Shown here piece after piece: positions 15,536-29,082 of a DNA stretch of 64,000 bases. The translations under genes were made by a program, and so were the position numbers. The stretch is taken from assembly GCA_964016885.1 (NCBI GenBank), contig OZ024749.1, forward strand, positions 17,112,001-17,176,000. Reading direction: 5' to 3'. The first letter of the stretch is position 1, and each line of letters begins with the position of its first letter. The notes beneath the pieces were generated by a model. That model was given only the letters and a program-made list of their open reading frames with translations, ran no database searches and was not told the DNA's origin. The stretch is from Eledone cirrhosa. Lineage: Eukaryota.

Positions 15536-17224
15536 TAACATTATTTTAGAAATTAATTTAATTTAAATGTTAGTTAACCTATAAATTTAATTTAATTAAT
15601 ATTTTATTACAGATGAGAATATAAAATATTATGTAATCATAAATTGTGAAAAACCTTTAAATATTACTAATATATACTTAGTAATTTAATTTATAGATTA
15701 ATTTTAATTTATTTAAACCTTTTATTATAACTCTTTTACAGATAAAATATAACAAAATAATATCGTGTATCCAATGACAGAGAAATAATTTTTAGTATTA
15801 TAGACCTAATTAATATACATTTTAGAAATATATTTATTATTTGGTTTTAGTTTTAATCAACCTAAAAATTTTAATTTTAATTTGCTTAAAATTAGTATCC
15901 TTATACAGACGAATTGCAGAATGTCATGTAATCATAGAATGGGATGTGTTTTGGATATATACCTAGTTAATATATTCTATGCAATTTTTTGAAAAAGATA
16001 TGTATATGTATATGTGTATGTGTATGTGTGTGTGTGTATGTGTATCTGCATGTATGTATATATGTGTATATATGTATATATATATATATATATATATGTG
16101 TATATGTATGTATATGTGTATGTGTATGTATATGTATATGTATGCGTATTAATTTTGATTTCTATTTGCATATAATTATATTATGCTATTGATGAAATAC
16201 AGTATCTGCTTTATGTATTGTATACCTAATTAACATATACTATTGAAATAAATATATAATTTTTAATTTAGTTAACATATAGTTTATATTCTACTACCGA
16301 TGTAATACTTTATTTTATTTTTATTTGGCTTTTTTTCCCTATTACTAAATTCATTTCCTAATATTGATACCATAACGTTATTAACTTTAATTTAGTTATA
16401 CTGTAATTAATAATCTACTACTGTTTGACTTCAAAATTCTGCTTCAAATATTATAAACCTAACTAATTTACACCTTAGAAATCAATATGTTGACTATCTT
16501 TTGTTTAGTTAACATATGATTAATGGTATACTTATTTATTTTGAGATGCATAGATTTTGCCTTAGTTCTTGTTTGTCGTATTTCCTAGCACTGAAAATAT
16601 GTAAGAACATACATTGGATAAAGATATGGAAAATATTCTATGTTTCTTGAAACATATATTTACTTTGATCCCCTTCTCCAAACCCCCCCTTTCCCCCATA
16701 CTATTATCATCTATATTTGTAAGCGTCTATGTATGAATATATATGTAGGTAGGTGTCTATATAGGTTTGGGTATTTATATCTAAATATAAAAATACATAT
16801 ATGCGCATGCAAATATGAATGTAAGATTGCGTGTGTATATATGAGTGTGTATATGTATGTATATATGTGTATATATGCATTATATATGTATGTGTATGTG
16901 AATGTGTGTACGTATATGTGTATGTATGTGTATATATGTGTATATATGTGTATGCATGTATATGTAGGAATATATGTATGTATATATATATGTATATGTA
17001 TATGCGTGTGTATGTATGTGTGTGTATGTGTGTTGTATATATATGTATGTCTCTCTATTTATATGTTTATCTTCGTATCTATGTGATATATATGTGTGTG
17101 TGTGCACGTATGCATATGTATGTGTTTATGTGTATTTGTGTGTGTGTGTGTATATATGTGTATGTGCGCACACACACATATATATATGTGAGTGTGTATA
17201 TGTGTCTGTGTATATGTATGTGTG

Positions 17225-17310
<86 letters not shown>

Positions 17311-17396
17311 TGTCTATGTGTGAATATATGTCTTTATTCGTATGTGTGTATTTATGTATGTATATGTTTATATGTATGTATGTATATGTATGTATG

Positions 17397-17436
<40 letters not shown>

Positions 17437-17600
17437 TGTATATTATTCTTTATTATTATAATATAACTTATGTGTATGTGTGTATAAGTGAGGTTGTGTA
17501 TGTGTATATAATATGTGTATATATAAGTGTAAAAAAATATATATATATATGTGCATTTCTGTTATTTATGCGTGTGTATATATATATATATATATATATA

Positions 17601-17635
<35 letters not shown>

Positions 17636-17720
17636 GTGGGTGTTTGTATGTGTATTTATGGTGGTATGAGTGTGTGGATATCTATGTGTATATATATATA
17701 TATATATATGTATGAGTGTA

Positions 17721-17789
<69 letters not shown>

Positions 17790-18061
17790 ATGTATGTGTG
17801 TATATATATATATCTCTATTAATGCGTGTGTGTATGTATATACATATGCCTTTTTATTATTATTTTTATTTGTATGTCTGAGTTAGGTAAGGTTGTAGTG
17901 TTTTTATGTATATACGCATATATGGATGCGTATGTATTTGTATATATGAGTATAAGTAAGTGCATATGTATGTATGATTATATATCTAATTCTATGTATG
18001 AATATACATCTATATATATATGTGTGTATGTATGTTGTGTGTGTATGTATCTATATCTCTA

Positions 18062-18102
<41 letters not shown>

Positions 18103-18181
18103 CGATGTGCGTATATGTATGTACATGTATGTACATGTATGTGTGTATGTATGTGTATGTATATTTAGATGTATGTGTATG

Positions 18182-18220
<39 letters not shown>

Positions 18221-19035
18221 ATATATATGTAGGTATATATCTTTATTATTATTTTTTTATATATATATGTATGTGTGTATGTGTTGCGTGTGTGTGTGTG
18301 TATATATATATCTTTATATATGTGTATGTGTATGTTCGTGTAAGTGTATGTGTGTGTATGACTGTATATGTATGTGTGTATGTGTGTATGCGTAAATATT
18401 TCTATGTGTGCGTACATGTATGTATGTGTATATATCTGTATGTGTATGTATATTATATTATATTTATTATATTTTATTGTTTTATTTTTTTATTTTTCTT
18501 AATTTATAGATACATTTATATTAGGCAGTCGTCTCATACAGTTGAATACTGACCCCTCCCCCCCCTCCTACCTAATTTCTGTATCTTGATATAAAAAATG
18601 TGTGTGCCAGTGTTTTATGTGAGTGAATTAATATCCATGTGCTTATGATTTTATATCCACATATATAAATGTGAGTGGGGGTGTGTGTGTGTTTGTATGT
18701 TCGTGGTTATGTGTATATTTATGCATATACGCGCGTGTATGTGTGATTGTACTGATATGTGTGAGTATGAAAAAATATATTTATATACTTGACTCCATAA
18801 GTATCAATGCGCATCCTATCTGCGCATTGTAAGCTTACAGAGATATTAACCTTGAAATTTTGTATTTGCATCCATCCTTTTAGTATGCGTATACAAATTA
18901 TACATACATTTTTGTAAAATATGTGTAAGGGTTTTACATGTATATACACACACCGAACTGCATTTAACCCTTTGTGTTTTCATTGGTCAATTTTGAACTG
19001 AAATTTTGAATTGTTGTTATTATCAATAAATATAC

Positions 19036-19190
19036 TTCATTATTTCTGAAGACGGCGTATATATGTGTTTGGTATGTATATTTAATCTTGATAATTTGTA
19101 TAATTTTGTATAATTTTGTACATAGATCTGTTGAATATGCATACCAATTATAACACATATATATCCTAGAAACGATCGTTAAATAATGAA
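19036..19190 (+). ncRNA. Type I HHR with 116-nt stem II
   Basis: Stem I TTCATTATTT/AAATAATGAA (10 bp), CTGAAGA 19046-19052, GAAA 19169-19172, palindromic stem III ACGATCGT, GUU triplet. Confidence 0.75.
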
Positions 19191-19378
19191 CTTTTTTTGT
19201 TTAATATAAGGAATTGTTTATTCATTATTTGTTTAATATTTTATCTTGACTCTGTATACCGTTTATCTTTCACCGAAAGTGGTTTTTCATTACATCTCTT
19301 CTTTCCATGATATCCGGAATACATTGAGTTCTTCATACGGATTGGACACTACCGTAAACTCTTGGTAGATTTACCTAC

Positions 19379-19631
<253 letters not shown>

Positions 19632-19642
19632 GTATATATATG

Positions 19643-19675
<33 letters not shown>

Positions 19676-19746
19676 TTATATGTATATATATGTATATATA
19701 TATATATGTATATATATGTATATATGTATATATATATATACATATA

Positions 19747-20356
19747 TGGTGGCTGCCAACTCGTTTTCGAGTACGGCCACTACTTTATATCCATGTAGGA
19801 GAACCCCTACCGATGCGCTGAACGAGTGTGACTTTTTAGTCCAGCCAGCGACTTGAAAACTCTGGTACAAACACTACACTTGTGACAATTACTGACACAT
19901 AGTGCTGGGCCCATGGTACCATGTGACGACAAGTGCAGAGAGATCTCCAGATATAAAGCAATGCCTGTGCCGTGAAGCTTTTATAGTGAGCAAAGGCACT
20001 GCACAAAGCCAGTCCCACTCTCTTAACCAAGATGATATTTACCAAAAAGAAGAACAAGTCAACCTCATTGGATACCATCAGGGTTGCAGGTGTTATATCA
20101 GAGTTTTCCTTCTCCTAGAATTCTGCCTTGACAAAGGCTAAGGGGTCATCTCTCCCGGTGATTTTGGATGGCCATTGACTCTTAAGAGCTCCTTTGCCCT
20201 TTGACAGGTTTTGTTTTTAGTCCTGCAGGATGTCCAAAGTCACCCTCCTCACCAAGAAACCTTGGTGGGGTTGCCAGTTTAGTCGCCAACGACCCGACCA
20301 TGGGACAGGTTGTACTGGGATACATGTTACCAGTAGCACCAACTGGTGACCTGACA
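19747..20356 (-). mobile_element. Non-autonomous RTE-derived element (5' UTR-like part joined to an RTE 3' end)
   Basis: Minus-strand 3' end TGGCCGTACTCGAAAACGAGTTGGCAGCCA resembles the RTE end at 57509-57540; contains the RTE 5'UTR-like CTAGGAGAAGGAAAACTCTGA. Confidence 0.6.
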
Positions 20357-20552
20357 TAAATACATATATATATATACACATATATATGTATATATGTATA
20401 TATATATGTATATATATGTATATATGTATATATATGTATATATGTATATATGTATATATGTATATATGTATATATATATGTAGATATCTATATATATATG
20501 TAAATATGCATGTATACGTACATACATATATGTATACAGACGTACAGTAGCA

Positions 20553-20626
<74 letters not shown>

Positions 20627-20839
20627 TATATACATATACATACAGGTACACATACATATATGCACGCATCAGTTTAGCGGACGCTTATTATAACGCCGCA
20701 TATATATATATATGCATGCTACTGTACGTCTGTATACATATATGTATGTACTTATACATACATACTTACATTTAAGTAAGTGCCATACTAAGAGTGAGAA
20801 ATGAAATTTCGTTTTCATTTTTTTCAACTTATATATATA

Positions 20840-20875
<36 letters not shown>

Positions 20876-21266
20876 TATATATATATGTATATATGTATAT
20901 ATATATGTGTATATATATATATGTGTGTGTATATATATATGTATATATATGTATATATATATATGTATATATATATATGTATATATATGTATATGTATAA
21001 ATATGTATATATATATAGTATATATATATATATATATATAAAAGTTTACATATATATATATACATACATATACGTGTTTTGCAACGGTTCACTTTGTGGC
21101 TCAATGAAAAGTTAATAAATTAAATAATCAGAGCTATATATCATAAAACATGTCTATAGAATCACCAGATAAAATATATACCATTTCCACTCCCAATTAG
21201 CATAATTAACTATATAAAAAATCGAATAGACCAGGCTATAAGAATAAGGCTTCTATGAACCGAAAC

Positions 21267-21620
21267 TAGCCCTTCGCGTCGGCCGCGACGGAATATTTAT
21301 CGGACATTTCGACAGCGTAATCGCCCAGATACAGTCAATTAAACAGAATTAGGTGTAAAATAAACTAGGAGAAAATTAGAATACATTTAAATACCTCTAC
21401 CATGGTTTCGTCCACATTTTGAGATTTCCAATAACTTTGGAACTCGAGCATCGGACTCTTCAGGAGATTTGCTCTGATCCAGACACTAAATTTTCCAAAG
21501 TGATCGCGCCAAGAATTCATTCAAAATGGCTAAGAATCGTGACATATGTATCACAAAGACATACATACAAATACAAACACACACATATATATGTGTGTGT
21601 AAAACTCATTCTTAGATAAT
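21267..21620 (-). mobile_element. Putative non-autonomous Helitron
   Basis: Minus-strand 3' end has a GC hairpin CGCGGCCGACGCG followed by CTAG|T; microsatellite near the other end; far boundary uncertain. Confidence 0.45.
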
Positions 21621-21839
21621 TCATATGAACCTTGTTTAACTCCAATATATATATATATAGATATATAGATATAGATAGGTAAATATACACGGGTGTGTAT
21701 GATTGTGTATAGAAGATTATATTAATAAGAGGAATTCCAACTTTGTCTGATTTACTCGTTTTATTTACAATCCTTTAAAATATATATAATGGTATTATAA
21801 TGAAATAGTATGATAGAATATTAAATTCTAAGTGTTAAT

Positions 21840-21878
21840 TGAACAAGTACTTTCATGCTTTCACAATCTTCAGGTTCA
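21840..21878 (-). ncRNA. Minimal type I HHR
   Basis: TGAAC CTGAAGA TTGTGAAAGCAT GAAA GTAC TT GTTCA. Confidence 0.8.
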
Positions 21879-22070
21879 TGATATGTGGTGACAGTCGAGT
21901 TTGCAATTTTCAACTGTATACATATATATATATATAAATGAAGTAATTTTCAACTGTATACATATATATATATAAATGAAGTAATTCCGTCGGAAAAGTC
22001 CAGGAAAAAAGAGTGCTCTATCTAGGTAACAGAGCTTAATAGTTATGTAATAAACAACATAAGGCAATTA

Positions 22071-22129
22071 TTCCATTTACCAGTGGTTTCTTAAAAGCAA
22101 AAAATTTTGCTTTCAATCATCAGAATGAA
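22071..22129 (-). ncRNA. Type I HHR
   Basis: Mirror of 22145-22203. Confidence 0.82.
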
Positions 22130-22144
22130 AAAATCCTGGATTTT

Positions 22145-22203
22145 TTCATTCTGATGATTGAAAGCAACATTTTTTGCTTTTAAGAAACCACTGGTAAATG
22201 GAA
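22145..22203 (+). ncRNA. Type I HHR
   Basis: TTCATT CTGATGA TTGAAAGCAA-CATTTT-TTGCTTTTAA GAAA CCACTGG TA AATGGA. Confidence 0.85.
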
Positions 22204-22228
22204 TAATTGCCTTATGTTGTTTATTACA

Positions 22229-22284
<56 letters not shown>

Positions 22285-22319
22285 TATATACATATATATA
22301 TACATATATCTATATATAT

Positions 22320-22462
<143 letters not shown>

Positions 22463-22464
22463 CA

Positions 22465-22642
<178 letters not shown>

Positions 22643-22679
22643 CATAATGTATATATATATATATATATATACATATATG

Positions 22680-22734
<55 letters not shown>

Positions 22735-23035
22735 ATATATATATATATGTATATATATATAAATGTGTGTGTGTATATATATATATATATATGTGCAAAC
22801 AGCACGGACACTCTATCTCAAAATTATTTTTGAAAAGCATTTAGAAATGCGCAACCGGTAAAAACTTAAAAACTTAAAACCACAACTGAATACTAACCCA
22901 TACAATCACTAATACTCTTTTATTCCTAATTAAACCATTTTTCAACTGTGAACAATTTGTCAGCATTTTCTATTCCGTTTACCAATATATATATATATGT
23001 ATATATGTATATATGTATATATATATATATATGTA

Positions 23036-23072
<37 letters not shown>

Positions 23073-23077
23073 TTATA

Positions 23078-23117
<40 letters not shown>

Positions 23118-23124
23118 CATTATG

Positions 23125-23195
<71 letters not shown>

Positions 23196-23236
23196 GTATA
23201 TATATATGTATATATATATATATATGTATATGTATA

Positions 23237-24875
<1,639 letters not shown>

Positions 24876-24879
24876 ATAT

Positions 24880-24947
<68 letters not shown>

Positions 24948-24962
24948 ATATTAATATAGATG

Positions 24963-25013
24963 AGATTCTACAGGACTAGAACTGTTTCATTCTTTAGAAA
25001 TCATCAGGAATCT
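24963..25013 (-). ncRNA. Type I HHR related to the retrozyme HHR
   Basis: AGATTC CTGATGA TTTCTAAAGAAT GAAA CAG-TTCTAGTC-CTG TA GAATCT. Confidence 0.85.
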
Positions 25014-25077
25014 GGGTATCAAAAAGTAAGTATGGTATTTATAGGTCTCTACAAGTATATATATATATATATATATG

Positions 25078-26123
25078 TAGATAAATCTACCAAGAGTTTA
25101 CGGTAGTGTCCAATCCGTATGAAGAACTCAATGTAATCCGGATATCATGGAAAGAAGAGATGCAATGAAAAATCACTTTCGGTGAAAGATAAACGGAATA
25201 CAGAGTCAAGATAAAATATTAAAAAAATAATGAATAAAACAATGAAACAGTTCCTTATATTAAACAAAAAAAGTTCATTATTTAACGATCGTTTCTGGGA
25301 TATATATGTGTTAGAATTGGCATGTATATTTAACAGATCTATGTACAAAATTATACAAAATTATACAAACTATCAAAATTAAATATACATACCAACTCAT
25401 ATATATGCCGTCTTCAGAAATAATGAAATATATTTATTGATAATAACAACAATTCAAAATTACAGGTCTGTTTGGGAACAGAGTTCAAATTGACCAATGG
25501 AAACACAAAAAGTTTATACAGTTAGGTGTGTGTATATATGTAAGTAACTTCGTTCACAGATATGCATAAAAATATATGTTCACATGCATACGCATGCCGA
25601 AAAGATGTATGTAAATACAAAAATTCAGGGCTAATGTCTCTGTATGTTTATAATCTACAGATAAAATACATATACGCATATAAACATATAAATATAAAAA
25701 TAAATATATACACATTCATATACTCACACATATACATACATTCACACACACTCGCGCATATACGCATAAACATACACACAACCACGAACATACATACACA
25801 CACACACTCACACACACATATATGTGCATATACTATTATCATAAGCATATGGACATTAATGCGCGCACATAAACACTGCCACACACATTTAGATCCAGAT
25901 ACAGAAAGTAGGTAGGGGGGGGGGGAAGAGGTCAGTATTTACTGGTGTCAGCAAACTGCCTATTTATAAATGTATCTATAAATTTAGAAAGAAAAATAAA
26001 AATAAAAAGAAAAAGAAAAAGAAAAAGAAAAAGAAAAAGAAAAAGAAAAAAGAAAAATATTAAGAAAATATATATATATATATATATATATATAAACAAG
26101 TAAAATATAAAATATACATCGAT

Positions 26124-26178
<55 letters not shown>

Positions 26179-26296
26179 CATATACATACACATATACATA
26201 AACACATACATACACATACATATACATACACACACCATATATATACACATACACATACACACACGCGCATACATATAGAAACACATACATATACAC

Positions 26297-26330
<34 letters not shown>
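25078..26330 (-). mobile_element. Naiad 3' UTR/terminus copy (5'-truncated)
   Basis: Homologous to the reverse complement of ~18000-19380. Confidence 0.85.
25274..25427 (-). ncRNA. Type I HHR with long stem II
   Basis: Same motif as 19036-19190. Confidence 0.72.
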
Positions 26331-26377
<47 letters not shown>

Positions 26378-26528
26378 AACGTTTGTATATGTATAATAAA
26401 GCCAAAACAATGCAGGTATGGACATAGAATAAAGAATGCAAATGCAAAAGATATTGTTGACAATTAGTCTTTTACCTTAGATTTATTTAAATGTCCTTAA
26501 TTTTCGAGATAATATCTCTTCTTCAGAG

Positions 26529-28043
26529 AAATAGCAGACTGCCCACTTTCTACCACCTCATCAAGACCCACAAGAATAGTACTAAGACGCAAATAAGACC
26601 CATCGTCTCTAGCATAGAAGGACCCCTATACAAAATTTCTTGGCTCCTCTCCCAGGTCCTCAAGCCTTTACTCTCCACCTTTCCCGGGCATGTCAGTAGC
26701 TCCGACGAAGTTATATGTAGACTACACCAACTCCAGCGAGAACAACTTAAACTAAATAAATACGCCTTTAGCCTCGACGTTATCTCCCTCTACACTACAG
26801 TCCCCGCTCATCCCGCTGTCGATTTATTGACGGACTGCGTGGTCGCAGAGGACATCCACTGCTACGGCCTCCACCCGACGGACATACACCAGCTTTTGTC
26901 CTTCACAGTAAACAATACGTACTTCACCTTCCACTACCACACATACAGACAACAGGATTACCCATGGGATCCAGCCTATCGGGCCTGCTGGCCATCACCT
27001 ACATGAACCAGCTAGAATGCCGAGCCCTCAACACCTGCCATTCCCATACCTTCTTCACCCGATATGTAGATGACATACTCATCCTTACATCATCCCGTGA
27101 GGAGGCAGATAAAATATACACAACATTTTCCAGCATGGACGCCAGTATAAAGTTCAGCATGGAACACCCCGATGACCGCGGATCCCTATCCCTACTGGAC
27201 TTCCAACTCAGGGTAACAGAGGAAGGCAACATCCACACCTGCTTCTATAAAAAAGCCGCCAGCAGGGACCTGTTCGTACATTTCAGATCGGCCCTCCCAC
27301 TCGGTGCCAAGTTCGGATACATAAGGAACGAACTGGCACGTATCCGGAACAAATGCACCGACGCTAAAGACCGAGACACACACACCACACATTTCCTGGA
27401 AGTACTCAAACTGAACGGATACACGACATCCACCACAAACCGCGCCAGAAAGAACAGAGGACACCACACCCGAGGCACTAACACTTGCTTCCTGAAGCTC
27501 CCACACACAAACCGCGCCAGAAAGAACAGAGGACACCACACCCGAGGCACTAACACTTGCTTCCTGAAGCTCCCACACTTCAATGAAGAAACAACAACAG
27601 CCATCTGCAGAGCTATCAGACGAGAGGGACTAGATATCCAACTGGCCCACTCAGGTCCTTCTCTACGCGGACAGCTAACCAAAAGACACTCCACCAGACA
27701 TGACAAATGCTGCAGACTAGCCAGCTGCCCCATCAACGACACAGACGTATGCCACCAGGCTTACGTCGTATACAGACTAGAGTGTGACAAATGCAACAAC
27801 TTCTACGTAGGTAGCACCACCAGACCACTCCACATAAGAATAAAAGAACACCTCAATACTAACGCTTCCTCATTTAAGAAACACCTAGTTAAATGCAAAA
27901 ACACCGACAAAACCGTAACAGTTAGGATAGAAACTAAGGAAAGAAACCTCGGCAATCTTAGAATTAAGGAAGCACTAATTATAGCTAAAACACAACCACC
28001 AATCAATAATAGACTAGAACTCAACACCCAATTTAAAACTTGA
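26529..28043 (+). pseudogene. PLE RT + GIY-YIG (frameshift near 26955; 72-nt in-frame duplication)
   Basis: LIKTHK, IRPIVS, SLDVISLYTTVP, MGSSLSG, RYVDD, VVYRLECDKCNNFYVGSTTRPLHIRIKEH. Confidence 0.92.
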
Positions 28044-28453
28044 TAGAGCTTCTTGCCCCATATTTACACCCCCCCCCCCTACACACACACACGCACGCAT
28101 GCACGCACACACACACGCTTACACCTCCACTTATTCTCTCTCACACATACACACACAAAACCAGTTCTAACACCAGATAACACCTATCCCCCACATTTAC
28201 GAATAGACATATCTTCTCACACTCACACACACACACTCACATACTTACACCTTCATGCACTCTCCCACACACTTAAACAGGCATGTATAAAAAAAAACAA
28301 AAAAAACAAAAACGAACCCATTTTAAAGGGAGACTAGTCTTTATCCACCTAATTTTAACTCTTTGACATTAGAGATAGAACAGATACTCTATACCATTTC
28401 CTGTCAGCATGACTTGGCAAGCTATTTAGAACACTGGTTTGAGAGCTTTATTT

Positions 28454-28490
28454 CCCTCTGAAGAAGAGATATTATCTCGAAAATTAAGGA
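28454..28490 (+). ncRNA. Minimal HHR-like motif in the pLTR (also at 26495-26528 -, 44157-44192 -, 44286-44321 +)
   Basis: CCT CTGAAGA AGAGATATTATCTC GAAA AT TA AGG; stems I and III are very short. Confidence 0.55.
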
Positions 28491-28671
28491 CATTTAAATA
28501 AATCTAAGGTAAAAGACTAATTGTCAACAATATCTTTTGCATTTGCATTCTTTATTCTATGTCCATATCTGCATTGTTTTGGCTTTATTATACATATACA
28601 AACGTTTATACCTCATTACACAATGCTTCAAGTGAACTATAACCTCCTCCTTTCATATATATATATGTATG

Positions 28672-28733
<62 letters not shown>

Positions 28734-28754
28734 TATGCATATATATATATATGC

Positions 28755-28870
<116 letters not shown>

Positions 28871-28871
28871 G

Positions 28872-28914
<43 letters not shown>

Positions 28915-29039
28915 GTGAATATAGACATAGAATATTCGAAAATATTCTGTATGTTTATAATAAACATTTTGAAGACCTAATCGCTATAGAATAGAATACG
29001 TCACGTATTACAATTAGATTCTCGATAAAAGCAAGGGAA

Positions 29040-29082
29040 GTAATCTACGCGTTTCATTCTTGTTAGAAATCTTCAGGACTAC
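29040..29082 (-). ncRNA. Type I HHR, first of 10 complete minus-strand copies (one per monomer)
   Basis: GTAGTC CTGAAGA TTTCTAACAAGAAT GAAA CGCG TA GATTAC. Confidence 0.88.

Larger units (their letters stand above)
21974..22233. mobile_element. Short palindromic pLTR insert carrying two divergent HHRs
   Basis: Centre AATCC-T-GGATT at 22137; the terminus recurs at 57400-57446. Confidence 0.8.
26376..28654 (+). mobile_element. Penelope/Poseidon-type PLE, 5'-truncated, with inverted pLTR (26376-26528)
   Basis: 26376-26528 is the reverse complement of ~28456-28610; flanked by (TA)n. Confidence 0.9.

Noticed and set aside
21445-21470. CTGAAGA motif on the minus strand
   Set aside because: No GAAA or stems in register.
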